A stretch of DNA of 64,000 bases, from positions 174,619 through 238,618 of the forward strand of contig JAHJEV010000003.1 in assembly GCA_018825365.1 (NCBI GenBank). The letters are read 5' to 3'. Below the pieces are notes generated by a model. That model was not told the origin of the DNA. It did no database searches and saw only the letters and a program-made list of their open reading frames with translations. Positions 47,693 through 57,308 of the stretch are shown here, in pieces (positions within the stretch are counted from its first letter, which is position 1; each line of letters begins with the position of its first letter). Source of the DNA: Patescibacteria group bacterium (lineage in GTDB: Bacteria; Patescibacteriota; WWE3; UBA101185; UBA10185). A program made the translations under genes and the position numbers.

Positions 47693-50689
47693 CTAAAACA
47701 TTTTTAAAGCTTGTGAGGTATACGATTCTTTGCATTTTTTAAGATTCTCAAGCGTTCCTTCAAACATAATCTTTCCACCTGCATCTCCGCCATCAGGCCC
47801 TAAATCTATCACCCAATCACAATTTCTAATCACATCCAAGTTGTGTTCTATCATAACAACCGTGTTTCCCCTTACAGTTAGTCTTTTGCATATCGCAATC
47901 AGATTTTCGAGATCAGCAAAATGAAGACCAGTTGTGGGTTCGTCAAGAATATAAAGAGTGCTTCCGGTTGATTTTTTTGATAACTCTAAGGCAAGTTTAA
48001 CCCTTTGAGCTTCTCCTCCTGAAAGAGTCGGAGCGGGCTGACCCAGTTTTATGTACCCCAAACCTACATCATTTAAAGTTTTAAGTTTTCTTCTTATCTG
48101 AGGAATATTTTCAAAAAATCTCAAAGCCTCCTCAACATTCATATCCAAAACATTAGCTATGTTTTTTCCTTTGTACTCAATTTCCAAAGCTTCTCTGTTG
48201 TATCTTTTTCCTTCACAGACTTCACATGTAACATAAACGTCCGGCATAAACTGCATTTCAATTTTTATCTGACCTTCTCCATTACACGCCTCACATCTAC
48301 CACCCTTCACATTAAAACTAAACCTACCCTGTTTGTAACCTCTAAGCCTCGCATCTTGAGTTTGAGAAAAAAGATCTCTTACAAAATCAAAAACTTTGGT
48401 GTATGTCGCGGGATTTGATTTTGGTGTCCTACCAATAGGACTTTGGTCTATTGCAATTACATTTGAAATGTTTTCAACTCCGGAAAGACTCTCGAATGTT
48501 TCCGCCTTTTGCTCAATTTTTAATCCAAATTCTTGTCTTAAAGCCAAATACAAAGTGTCCATTATCAAGGTTGATTTTCCGGATCCCGATACTCCCGTAA
48601 CACATGTAAATTTTCCAAGTGGAATATTTAAATCAATTTTTTTAAGATTTCTTCCGGAGGCTTTTTTTAAAGTTATGCATTTTCCTTCAACCTTCTTTTT
48701 GACTTTATGATTGGTTTCTTCCTCTAAAAGTTCATCTAACTCATCAGGCTTATAGGTCCCACCTTTTCCAACCATTAATTTTTTACAGAGGTATCTTCCG
48801 GTAAGAGAACCCGGGTTTTTCATTATTTCCTGTGGAGTTCCCTGCGCAATTATTTTTCCACCATGTTCCCCAGCCCCGGGTCCAAAATCAAAGATGTAGT
48901 CACTTTCAAGCATAGTTTCCGCATCATGTTCAACCACTACAACGGTATTTCCCAAATCTCTTAATTGGTGAAGTGTCCTTATTAGCTTTCCTTGGTCTCT
49001 TTGATGAAGACCTAATGACGGCTCATCTAAAACATACAAAACCCCGGACAAACCCGATCCGATTTGAGAGGCCAACCTTATTCTTTGAGCTTCCCCTCCC
49101 GAAAGTTCGGATGAAGAACGGCTTAGAGTCAAATATGCCAATCCCACATCAATTAAAAATTTAAGTCTGTAGTTTATTTCTTTAAGAATCGTACTCGCTA
49201 TTTTGTTTTCCCTTTCGGTAAGAAGATTCGGAAGATTTTTGCACCACGTCTGTGCATCGATTATTGAAAGCGACGTGATTTGAGAAATATTTTTATCATC
49301 TATAACAACGGACAGAGATTCCTTTTTGAGTCTCACGCCATTACAAACCGGGCAAAGTTCCTTTATCATGTATTTTTCAATCTCCCCTCTTATAAAATCT
49401 GACTCAGTTTCTTTAAATCTCCTTGCTAAGTTTGGAATAACCCCTTCATACTGAGCCTCAAAAGTTCTTCTTGCCCCATCCTGAGACCGATAAGAAACTT
49501 TAAACCTCCTACCTTTAACTCCATATAAAATTATTTGCCTGTGTTCACGGCTTAGCTCACCTATTGGGGTGTCTTGAGATATTCCGTACTCCAAAGATAC
49601 CGCTTGCACAACCTTTCCGGTCCAACTTGTGTGTTCAAAAAGTTTTGTCCACGGAAGCACCCCGCCCTCACTAATGGATAACCTTGGATTAATAACTAAG
49701 GATTCCTCAACTCTAAGCTGTGTTCCTATACCATCACACGCCACACAGGCTCCATGAGGAGAATTAAATGAAAATGTTCTTGGTTCAATATCTGGTAATG
49801 AAATGTTACAGGAAGGACAGGCAAAGTTTTCAGAAAATAAGTGGTCTTTGAATTTCTTTGGCCTGTCTTCAAATTCAAATGTTTTGTCTTTGACTAGTGT
49901 AACGATCGCACTTCCGTTGCTCATTCTTAGTGCTGTCTCAACAGACTGAAAAATAGCACTTTCAATTTCTTTTTTACCTTTTTCATCTTTAACTTTCTTA
50001 GAGTTTAAAATCTGCCTTGAAACTAACCCATCAACACTATGTTTATTTGTCTTAATAAGCTGAAAATCAGCACCCAATTCTCTTATATCTCCATCTATTC
50101 TTGCTCTCACAATTCCTTGCTTTCTGAGGTTTTCAAAAAGAGTAGAAAACTCACCTTTTCTATCTTTGATTATTGGGGAGAAGATAAAAAATCTAACGCC
50201 ATGCTCAGATTTAAAATCAGGTTCGGTAGACACAAGTTCAAGAATTTTCTGGGTTATTTCATCTAAACTTTGTCTTTTAATCTCTCTTCCACAATTAGGA
50301 CAGTGAGGATGACCAGCTCTTGCATACAAAAGTCTTAGGTAATCATAGATCTCGGTGATTGTCCCTACGGTTGATCTGGGATTTTTGGATGTAGTCTTTT
50401 GATCTATTGCAATTGCTGGTGATAAACCTTCTATTTTGTCTACATCAGGTTTATCCATTACGCCCAAAAATTGTCTTGCGTAGGCAGAAAGGCTCTCTAC
50501 ATATCTTCTTTGACCCTCAGCATAGATCGTGTCCATAGCAAGAGATGACTTTCCCGAACCTGAGACACCTGTGAAAACCACCATTTTGTTCTTTGGAATA
50601 TCAAGATCTATATTTTTAAGGTTGTGCTGTCTCGCGCCTCTTATCTGGATAAAGTTTAATGAATCTTTCATGACCAAATCATTGTACAA
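47693..50689 (-). CDS. uvrA: excinuclease ABC subunit A
   Basis: Two ABC ATPase modules ([15 protein letters not shown]), zinc-finger Cys clusters, 998 aa. Confidence 0.95.
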   Translation of the reverse strand: MYNDLVMKDSLNFIQIRGARQHNLKNIDLDIPKNKMVVFTGVSGSGKSSLAMDTIYAEGQRRYVESLSAYARQFLGVMDKPDVDKIEGLSPAIAIDQKTTSKNPRSTVGTITEIYDYLRLLYARAGHPHCPNCGREIKRQSLDEITQKILELVSTEPDFKSEHGVRFFIFSPIIKDRKGEFSTLFENLRKQGIVRARIDGDIRELGADFQLIKTNKHSVDGLVSRQILNSKKVKDEKGKKEIESAIFQSVETALRMSNGSAIVTLVKDKTFEFEDRPKKFKDHLFSENFACPSCNISLPDIEPRTFSFNSPHGACVACDGIGTQLRVEESLVINPRLSISEGGVLPWTKLFEHTSWTGKVVQAVSLEYGISQDTPIGELSREHRQIILYGVKGRRFKVSYRSQDGARRTFEAQYEGVIPNLARRFKETESDFIRGEIEKYMIKELCPVCNGVRLKKESLSVVIDDKNISQITSLSIIDAQTWCKNLPNLLTERENKIASTILKEINYRLKFLIDVGLAYLTLSRSSSELSGGEAQRIRLASQIGSGLSGVLYVLDEPSLGLHQRDQGKLIRTLHQLRDLGNTVVVVEHDAETMLESDYIFDFGPGAGEHGGKIIAQGTPQEIMKNPGSLTGRYLCKKLMVGKGGTYKPDELDELLEEETNHKVKKKVEGKCITLKKASGRNLKKIDLNIPLGKFTCVTGVSGSGKSTLIMDTLYLALRQEFGLKIEQKAETFESLSGVENISNVIAIDQSPIGRTPKSNPATYTKVFDFVRDLFSQTQDARLRGYKQGRFSFNVKGGRCEACNGEGQIKIEMQFMPDVYVTCEVCEGKRYNREALEIEYKGKNIANVLDMNVEEALRFFENIPQIRRKLKTLNDVGLGYIKLGQPAPTLSGGEAQRVKLALELSKKSTGSTLYILDEPTTGLHFADLENLIAICKRLTVRGNTVVMIEHNLDVIRNCDWVIDLGPDGGDAGGKIMFEGTLENLKKCKESYTSQALKMF

Positions 50690-50734
50690 GATTACTTAAT
50701 AATTTGTCTACGGGTTTTATTTGGGTTATTGGGG

Positions 50735-50776
50735 CACAAAAAACGGACCCAGAGATTTTTCAATCTAAAGATCCGT
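50735..50776 (-). terminator. rho-independent terminator of the 50823..51398 gene
   Basis: Minus-strand RNA ACGGAUCUUUAGAUUGAAAAAUCUCUGGGUCCGU followed by UUUUUGUG. Confidence 0.55.
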
Positions 50777-50822
50777 GTATTTTTATTTACCAAGTGGCGG
50801 CTTGGTATCTAGCTAACTAATC

Positions 50823-51398
50823 TCATTCGTCTCTTCTAAACTTGAGTTTCCCGTTGACATATAGTGTGGACTCACCTGGAAGCACTCGAACACTTACAGG
50901 AGGAATTGCTAAAAGGGTTCCGAAAAGCCTTGCCTCCTCATCGTGAGCGAGCGATGCAATATCACGCTCTACCCTCTGAGGACTCATATTCCCTGCAATC
51001 GCAAGAGCTATGAGATTGTCTATTTCGTCAAGCAGCAGGTCGACCTGGTTTTCATGGATTGTGTGTTTTTTCCGAAAATCCTTCATGACCACAACCATTT
51101 GCGACTTAAACGATCCCCCAAGCTGTCGATTGAATGCCTTTCGGCAGAGCAACTTCCGATTAGCCCTCTCATGGTAACGATCAAAGATCCCCACAGTAAG
51201 CAGAAAGCTCGAAAAACCAAGGAGGAAGTTAAAGATCATTCCCCCCAACCAAGCCCTTGGCGATAAGGGTGATGTAATATCCCAGTTAACGCCAGCGCTG
51301 GCTAAGGTGACCACAGCAATGGCACCGAAGGTCAATCCACCTAAAACAGTAAACCACAGACTAGTGCCACGACTAACATAAAAACTGTTGGCTTTCAT
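50823..51398 (-). CDS. hypothetical 2-TM membrane protein; GC-rich (~50%), likely horizontally acquired
   Basis: 191 aa. TM1 is LWFTVLGGLTFGAIAVVTLASAGV and TM2 is WLGGMIFNFLLGFSSFLLTVGIF, followed by a ~120-aa charged cytoplasmic tail. Strong SD TAAGGAGA 8 nt upstream of the ATG. Confidence 0.65.
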   Translation of the reverse strand: MKANSFYVSRGTSLWFTVLGGLTFGAIAVVTLASAGVNWDITSPLSPRAWLGGMIFNFLLGFSSFLLTVGIFDRYHERANRKLLCRKAFNRQLGGSFKSQMVVVMKDFRKKHTIHENQVDLLLDEIDNLIALAIAGNMSPQRVERDIASLAHDEEARLFGTLLAIPPVSVRVLPGESTLYVNGKLKFRRDE

Positions 51399-51586
51399 TT
51401 TTTTTTCTCCTTATGAGCCTTATAGGCCATATTTTAAGAGCCGGAAAGGGGTCACGCCCCGTATGGCTCTGATACTCTACAGATTCCATCCGCCAATGGA
51501 AACCGCAGGCAAGCTGGGTTTTATTAACTAAAGCCCAAATTACCTGTGGTTTCCCTGTTTTTCAAAGTACCTAAAGAGCTACGGAC
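51399..51586 (-). ncRNA. GC-rich structured 5' leader (candidate cis-regulatory RNA / riboswitch of unknown class)
   Basis: ~190 nt between the predicted TSS and the start codon. Hairpins present: CCCUGU...ACAGGG, UUCCAU-UGGCGG-AUGGAA, GGGG-CGUGA-CCCC. AGAGCC/GGCUCU nests that last hairpin and competes with GCCAUA/UAUGGC next to the SD. Confidence 0.35.
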
Positions 51587-51592
51587 AGGGGC

Positions 51593-51621
51593 ATTGTAAC
51601 CCAAAACGGTACTTTTGTCAA
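51593..51621 (-). promoter_or_regulatory. consensus sigma70 promoter TTGACA-N17-TACAAT
   Basis: On the minus strand: -35 TTGACA at 51616-51621, 17-nt spacer, -10 TACAAT at 51593-51598. Confidence 0.6.
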
Positions 51622-51651
51622 TGCTATAGGGTAGCGCTAATGGGGTTCCTT

Positions 51652-53724
51652 TTATAATATTTTTCTTAACTCTCTAATCTTATCCCTAAGAATCGCAGCT
51701 TTTTCAAAATTCAAAACCTCAGCTTCATATTTCATTTCTTTCTCAAGGTTTTTAATGTATTTGTTAATCTCCTGCGGAGGCATTTGTTTGAAATCAATAT
51801 CTTTAAACTCATCTTTCTTCTTTCCTTCAAGCTGCTCCTCAATTTCCTCATCAATCAACTTTTCCCTAATTGGTTTTATAATCTGCTCGGGAGTTATCCC
51901 ATATTCCTCATTGTATTTAAGCTGAATGTTTCGCCTTCTTTCAACTTCATTAATAGCCCTGGTCATACTCCCCGTTACATTATCAGCATACATAACAACC
52001 TCGCCCTGAATATGTCTTGCGGCTCTTCCCATTGTTTGAATAAGCGAAGTTTGGGATCTTAAAAACCCTTCTCTATCGGCATCCAAAATAGCAACCAGGG
52101 AAACTTCCGGAAGATCCAACCCTTCTCTTAAAAGATTTATTCCCACCAAAACATCGTATTCGCCTTTCCTTAGGTTATCCAAAATATTTGTCCTTTCAAG
52201 AGTATCTATGTCTGAATGAAGATAAGTAACTTTAATTTCTTTTTCTATTAAATAGGCCGCAAGTTCCTCAGCCATTCTTTTTGTTAAGGTTGTAACCAAA
52301 ACCCTTTGATGTATGGACACTTTTTCCTCAATTCTTTTCAGCAAATCTTCTATCTGTCCTTTTGTTGGAAGAATTGTAACCTTTGGGTCAATGACCCCTG
52401 TAGGTCTCAAAAGAAGCTCAACTATGTTTCCTTTTGATTTTTCAATTTCCCACTCATCCGGAGTCGCACTAGCATAAACAGTCCTACCTGCCTTCTTTTC
52501 AAACTCCTCAAAGTTAAGAGGTCTATTATCAAAAGCTGATGGAAGTCTGAATCCATAATTTATTAAAGTTTCTTTTCTTGCGTGATCTCCGTTAAACATC
52601 CCCCTTATTTGAGGAACCGTCATGTGAGACTCATCTATTACCAAAAGATAGTCTTTGGGGAAAAACCCAAGAAGTGAATAAGGGGCATCTCCAGGTTTTC
52701 TGCCGTCAAAATATCTAGAGTAATTCTCAATTCCCTTGCAATAACCAAGCTCCTCCATCATTTCTATATCGTAATTAGTCCTTTGCTCAAGTCTGTATGC
52801 TTCAATCTGTTTTCCGGCATCTCTAAGTTCTTTCAAACGTATTTCCAAGTCTTTTTTAATATTCTCGATCGCGTCTTTTCTTTTCTCCTCAGCCGTGATG
52901 TAGTGTTTAGCAGGATATATGACTGTTACATATTGGTCACTTTGCAGTCTGTGTTCCAAATAATCCTGTTCATTCTGCACGTACTCTCTTGCATGTCCGC
53001 CTCTTCTGACTTCGGGAAGATTTTCAAGTGAAATCGTTGTCCCAGTCAAAGGATCAAAATGGGTAATATTCATTAATGTATCGTTGTATATTTCCAACCT
53101 CACGGCGTAATCTACGTAAGCGGGGAAAACATCTACTACTTCTCCCACGACTCTGTAAGTTCCTCTTTTGAAATCAAAATCAGATCTCTCGTAATGAGTT
53201 TGAGAAAGCCTTATTAAAAGATCCGCAAGCCTTAGTTTCATCCCTTTTTTGAGTTCGATCGCAACTTTACTGTACTCGGCGGGAGAACCGAGGTTATAAA
53301 TACAAGAAACTGACGAAACTACAATTACATCCTTTCTGGTCATAAGAGAAGTTGTTGCAGAAAGTCTAAGTTTATCTATTTTCTCGTTTATATCCGCATC
53401 TTTTTCTATATACGTGTCTGTAGAGGGAATATAACTTTCGGGTTGGTAGTAATCGTAGTAACTTACAAAATATTCAACAGCATTTTTAGGAAAAAATTCC
53501 CTAAATTCCTGATAAAGCTGAGCCGCTAACGTTTTGTTGTGGGAAATTACAAGCGTTGGCTTGTTAATATTTTTAATTACATTTGCTATTACGTAAGTTT
53601 TCCCACTACCAGTAACGCCCAGTAAAACTTGATCTTTAATATTTTTTTCCAGGTTTTCTGTGAGTTTTTCTATCGCCTGGGGCTGATCGCCTGTTGGTTT
53701 AAACGGAGCTTTTAAATTAAACAT
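51652..53724 (-). CDS. uvrB: excinuclease ABC subunit B
   Basis: Helicase motifs (GVTGSGKT, DESH), beta-hairpin region, C-terminal UvrB/UvrC-interaction motif. 690 aa. Confidence 0.95.
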   Translation of the reverse strand: MFNLKAPFKPTGDQPQAIEKLTENLEKNIKDQVLLGVTGSGKTYVIANVIKNINKPTLVISHNKTLAAQLYQEFREFFPKNAVEYFVSYYDYYQPESYIPSTDTYIEKDADINEKIDKLRLSATTSLMTRKDVIVVSSVSCIYNLGSPAEYSKVAIELKKGMKLRLADLLIRLSQTHYERSDFDFKRGTYRVVGEVVDVFPAYVDYAVRLEIYNDTLMNITHFDPLTGTTISLENLPEVRRGGHAREYVQNEQDYLEHRLQSDQYVTVIYPAKHYITAEEKRKDAIENIKKDLEIRLKELRDAGKQIEAYRLEQRTNYDIEMMEELGYCKGIENYSRYFDGRKPGDAPYSLLGFFPKDYLLVIDESHMTVPQIRGMFNGDHARKETLINYGFRLPSAFDNRPLNFEEFEKKAGRTVYASATPDEWEIEKSKGNIVELLLRPTGVIDPKVTILPTKGQIEDLLKRIEEKVSIHQRVLVTTLTKRMAEELAAYLIEKEIKVTYLHSDIDTLERTNILDNLRKGEYDVLVGINLLREGLDLPEVSLVAILDADREGFLRSQTSLIQTMGRAARHIQGEVVMYADNVTGSMTRAINEVERRRNIQLKYNEEYGITPEQIIKPIREKLIDEEIEEQLEGKKKDEFKDIDFKQMPPQEINKYIKNLEKEMKYEAEVLNFEKAAILRDKIRELRKIL

Positions 53725-53804
53725 TTCGGAATAATAATATCAGGTTTCGGGTATTATTTGTATATTTAGTGTTTTTATTTGAAAATTCTTTTTTATGGTT
53801 GAGT

Positions 53805-55139
53805 CTATCGGTTAGAACCTTTTAATAACCACTCTCGTTTGGTAAGCGTAGACTCCCTCAAATCTCCTGATAAAGAAAGCAATATTTTTGTGATTCTTGC
53901 TATATCGTCAACTATCTCCTGTTCGTTTACATTTGGTTGCACTGATGATGCAAACCTCCCGGTATATTCCACCTCCATTTCATAGAGCTTTCTTTCCGAA
54001 GTTTGACAAATATCGAAAGAAATGTGATATATCCTTCTTGTTTCCGGATTTTCAACCCAAAAAGCTTTTCTGTACCGATATAGCTCTCCCTGTAATCTAC
54101 CTTTTTTGAGTATCTCGGGTTGTATATTTTCGAATCTCTGTTTAGTCTCGGATCTTTTTAAAATACATTTAAGATTTTCAGAGTTACTACATACTTTTAC
54201 TTTCCCTTTTCTTACAACACTCATGTAGTCGGGACGCAGTAATACTTTGAATGATTCTTTGGAGTTTTTATAATACTGGTTGATACTAGACGACTCAAAA
54301 ACGTGTTTAAAATGGCTGGGTATCTTATACGCGTATTTTCCAGACCTAAGAGCATTAAATACTAACGGGAACACCGACTCAGTTTTTGATACCAGCTTTG
54401 ATTCTATCTCGCACTCTTTTAGTTCTTTTAGAAAAAATATACTATCCTTTTTATACATATACTTACAAAGTAAATTGTAAGCTTGGCCTTTTTTGGAAAT
54501 CACTGGAATGACTTTTAGATCCGATTTTAATTTTTCGATGAGACCAATAAGTTTTTTTGAGTTTCCTTTGGTCTTTATTTCTAACCTTGGATAAGGCTCC
54601 GTGCCAATCAACACGGGATTTTTTTGTTTGTTGTCGAAATAAAAGTATCTGGTATTTTTGTCTATGGAGAATCTTGCGTACACGCCTTTTCCGTCATTAT
54701 AAACATAATGTTGACGTTTATACTTAAGCATAAAAAACGGTCTTAATGTCATTATTTTTTTACCGTATTTTTTATTTGCGATGTCTAAAGCCTCTTTTAG
54801 AGTCACTCTTATACGAGTTTTGTATTTTAAATCATCCCTTCTTTCTTTAATGTCAAAAAACCATTTTCCTCGAAATGTTCTGGGTTCTGACTTGTGTTTA
54901 GCCGGAAGATACCTTCTGGTCTTCAAAGTCAGAAGAAAAGGCAAACTGTGATCGTCGTTTGAGAAGTATATTGTCTGAACCACCTCATTATCGGAAAATT
55001 TATGTCGCTCTAAATTTCGTTTTAATAAACCAATAAAATCGGGGGAGAACGGGATATACCTCTCCTCTTTTCTTTTAGGCAGGTCTGTTTTAATGGTTAT
55101 TATTTCATGCATAATGACGGCTTCTACGCCGAGAAACAT
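53805..55139 (-). CDS. hypothetical protein, possibly tandem triphosphate-tunnel (VTC-like + CYTH-like) domains
   Basis: N-terminal half has VQTIYFSNDDHSLPF...LKTRRY, resembling the VTC-domain YFD...RxRxY blocks. C-terminal half has ExExK-like ECEIESK and an acidic EMEVEY strand as in CYTH enzymes. Inferred from motifs only. Confidence 0.35.
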   Translation of the reverse strand: MFLGVEAVIMHEIITIKTDLPKRKEERYIPFSPDFIGLLKRNLERHKFSDNEVVQTIYFSNDDHSLPFLLTLKTRRYLPAKHKSEPRTFRGKWFFDIKERRDDLKYKTRIRVTLKEALDIANKKYGKKIMTLRPFFMLKYKRQHYVYNDGKGVYARFSIDKNTRYFYFDNKQKNPVLIGTEPYPRLEIKTKGNSKKLIGLIEKLKSDLKVIPVISKKGQAYNLLCKYMYKKDSIFFLKELKECEIESKLVSKTESVFPLVFNALRSGKYAYKIPSHFKHVFESSSINQYYKNSKESFKVLLRPDYMSVVRKGKVKVCSNSENLKCILKRSETKQRFENIQPEILKKGRLQGELYRYRKAFWVENPETRRIYHISFDICQTSERKLYEMEVEYTGRFASSVQPNVNEQEIVDDIARITKILLSLSGDLRESTLTKREWLLKGSNR

Positions 55140-55176
55140 CTGAAACTTTCCAGCTTCATACCTTGGATTTTACCAT

Positions 55177-55824
55177 TTATTCGACCTGTTTTACCTTCAG
55201 CTTGCTTTTAACAATCTCCAAAATCATCGGTAAAACGGAAATTACAATAATTACCAAAATCACAACAGAAAAATTATTCCTCACGAAAGGTATATTTCCA
55301 AAGAAAAACCCCGCCAGCGTAGCAATCAGTACCCATGCAATTCCGCCGATAATGTTAAACGAAATAAACTTTCCGTAATTCATTTTCCCTACCCCTGCAA
55401 CAAACGGAGCAAATGTTCTAACGATTGGAACAAATCTTGCCAGAATAATTGTTTTCCCACCGTATTTTTCAAAAAACTCCTTAGTCTTATCAATATGTTC
55501 TTTTTTTATCGGAACTCTCGGATTTGCTATTAATTTCTCACCAAAAAAGTGGCCAATCCAGTAATTGCAGGTATCACCTAAAACAGCAGCAACAATCATA
55601 AGCCCCAAAAGTGCAAAAATATTAAGTGAACCTAGTGCCGCGAATGCCCCGGCGGCAAAAAGTAGTGAGTCTCCTGGTAGAAATGGAGTAAATACAATTC
55701 CGGTTTCAATGAAAATAACGAAAAACATTATCGCATATGTAGCTACCCCATATGTTGAGATTATTTGTCCAAGGTGAGTGTCGATGTGAAGAACAAAATC
55801 TATTAGGAAATTTATTATAATCAT
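55177..55824 (-). CDS. dedA: DedA/VTT family membrane protein
   Basis: Re-entrant loop motif FTPFLPGDSLLFAAGAFAALG, plus the GHFFG block. Confidence 0.8.
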   Translation of the reverse strand: MIIINFLIDFVLHIDTHLGQIISTYGVATYAIMFFVIFIETGIVFTPFLPGDSLLFAAGAFAALGSLNIFALLGLMIVAAVLGDTCNYWIGHFFGEKLIANPRVPIKKEHIDKTKEFFEKYGGKTIILARFVPIVRTFAPFVAGVGKMNYGKFISFNIIGGIAWVLIATLAGFFFGNIPFVRNNFSVVILVIIVISVLPMILEIVKSKLKVKQVE

Positions 55825-55873
55825 TGAGTAATTTTAATTGAATACGAAAACCTAAGCAAGAAACCCCTTGACA

Positions 55874-55910
55874 TCTTCGTGTATTGTTCGGTATCGTATA
55901 CATACGAAGA
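55874..55910. promoter_or_regulatory. palindromic candidate operator (TCTTCGT-N-TCGTATACATACGA-AGA) overlapping the lexA promoter
   Basis: -35 TTGACA at 55868-55873. The 14-bp palindrome TCGTATACATACGA at 55894-55907 is nested within 7-bp arms TCTTCGT/ACGAAGA, overlapping the -10 region upstream of lexA. Confidence 0.4.
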
Positions 55911-55953
55911 AAATCCGTAACATTCTTCAAATAAATTTTCTAAAGGAGGAAAA

Positions 55954-56586
55954 ATGAGCCCCGTAACTCTTTATAAAAAACAAAAACAAATTTTAGATTT
56001 TATCTCTCAGTATATTCAGATGAATGGGTTCTCCCCCACCCTCCAGGAAATTGCAGACTCCATGAATCTTTCCTCTTTGGCAACAGTTCACGAACACCTT
56101 CAAGCGTTAGAAAGAAAGGGAATTATAAGAAAATTCGAAGGAGCCGTTAGAGGTATTGAGATAGTCGACAGCTCTGTAAACGCAAATTTAAATGCAGTTG
56201 AACTCCCATTAATAGGCTACATTGCAGCAGGACAGCCTATTGAGGCGATAGAAAATCCCCTATCAACAGTGATGGTGTCCCCAGATATGGTTTCAAAATC
56301 AAAAAGGTGCTTTGTTTTGCAAGTTAGAGGAGATTCCATGATTGGGGAAGGCATCATAGACGGAGATTTTGTAGTTTTAAAACAACAGGAGACAGCAGAA
56401 AATGGTCAGATAGTTGTTGCTTTGATAGACAATGGTTTCGCAACTCTAAAAACTTTCCATAGAGAAAAAAATGGAAAGATAAGACTTCAACCAGCCAACG
56501 ATAAAATGCATCCAATCATGGTGGAAGCTGATAATTGCAAGGTCCAGGGAGTGGTTACCGGCATCGTAAGAAGATATAGTCACTGA
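55954..56586 (+). CDS. lexA: LexA repressor (S24 peptidase)
   Basis: N-terminal wHTH (LTPRQ-like: SPTLQEIADSMNLSSLATVHEHLQALERKG). Cleavage-site region AAG. Ser/Lys catalytic region VRGDSM...KQQETAENGQIVVALIDN. SD AAAGGAGG. Confidence 0.9.
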   Translation: MSPVTLYKKQKQILDFISQYIQMNGFSPTLQEIADSMNLSSLATVHEHLQALERKGIIRKFEGAVRGIEIVDSSVNANLNAVELPLIGYIAAGQPIEAIENPLSTVMVSPDMVSKSKRCFVLQVRGDSMIGEGIIDGDFVVLKQQETAENGQIVVALIDNGFATLKTFHREKNGKIRLQPANDKMHPIMVEADNCKVQGVVTGIVRRYSH

Positions 56587-56633
56587 TTCAAATTTATTGT
56601 CTCAGTTAATAAACTCCTGTAAACTCAAACTAT

Positions 56634-57308
56634 ATGACTGGTGTAAATCCGTCAGCTGAATTAGAAGAGGCCAAAAATTTACTTAACTATAAAGATGTTA
56701 CAGAACTCCCAAAACAGGAATCGGATGAATTTCCTACCATCTATATTTTTAGACACGGACAAACTGAGGACAACGAAAAATATATTTTCAGCGGCTGGAG
56801 AGAATCAAAACTTACCAAAGAAGGAGAGGAACAATCTCTGATATTGGCCGGTAAACTTAAAGATAAGAAAATAGATCGACTCATTTCTTCTCCTCAAATA
56901 AGGGCGGTAGACACTATGAAGCTTGCAATGTCAAAAAATGAGAGTGCCAAAAATATCACGATAGAAACTAATGAAAGGATAAAAGAGAGATCATACGGGG
57001 ACCTCACAGGCAAAAGCAAGCTTGAAATACAACTAGAAGATCCCAAGAAGCTTAAGAAAATAAGAAGGTCGTATGATTTTGTACCCCCAAACGGAGAAAG
57101 CATCGAGATGGTGTGCAAAAGGGTCGGGGAATTCTGCGAAGATCTGATCCAAAGTATTAAAGGAACAAAAACTAACGTTGCGATTTCCTGCCACGGTAAT
57201 TCAATCAGAGGATTCAGGAAATATTTTGAACACTTAGGCAACACCGAAACGGCAGAAATTGAAACACCCCTTGGACAAGATTACGCCGCGTACGTTATAA
57301 AAGGTTAA
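56634..57308 (+). CDS. histidine phosphatase family protein (phosphoglycerate mutase-like)
   Basis: RHGQTEDN catalytic His motif. Adjacent to eno. Confidence 0.75.
   Translation: MTGVNPSAELEEAKNLLNYKDVTELPKQESDEFPTIYIFRHGQTEDNEKYIFSGWRESKLTKEGEEQSLILAGKLKDKKIDRLISSPQIRAVDTMKLAMSKNESAKNITIETNERIKERSYGDLTGKSKLEIQLEDPKKLKKIRRSYDFVPPNGESIEMVCKRVGEFCEDLIQSIKGTKTNVAISCHGNSIRGFRKYFEHLGNTETAEIETPLGQDYAAYVIKG

Noticed and set aside
51399-51590. Assignment of the GC-rich leader to the c-di-GMP-I (GEMM) class
   Set aside because: Only a short ACAGGGAAACC resemblance is present. The conserved GGACGCAAAGCC and AGCCRG elements are absent, so the element is left unclassified.
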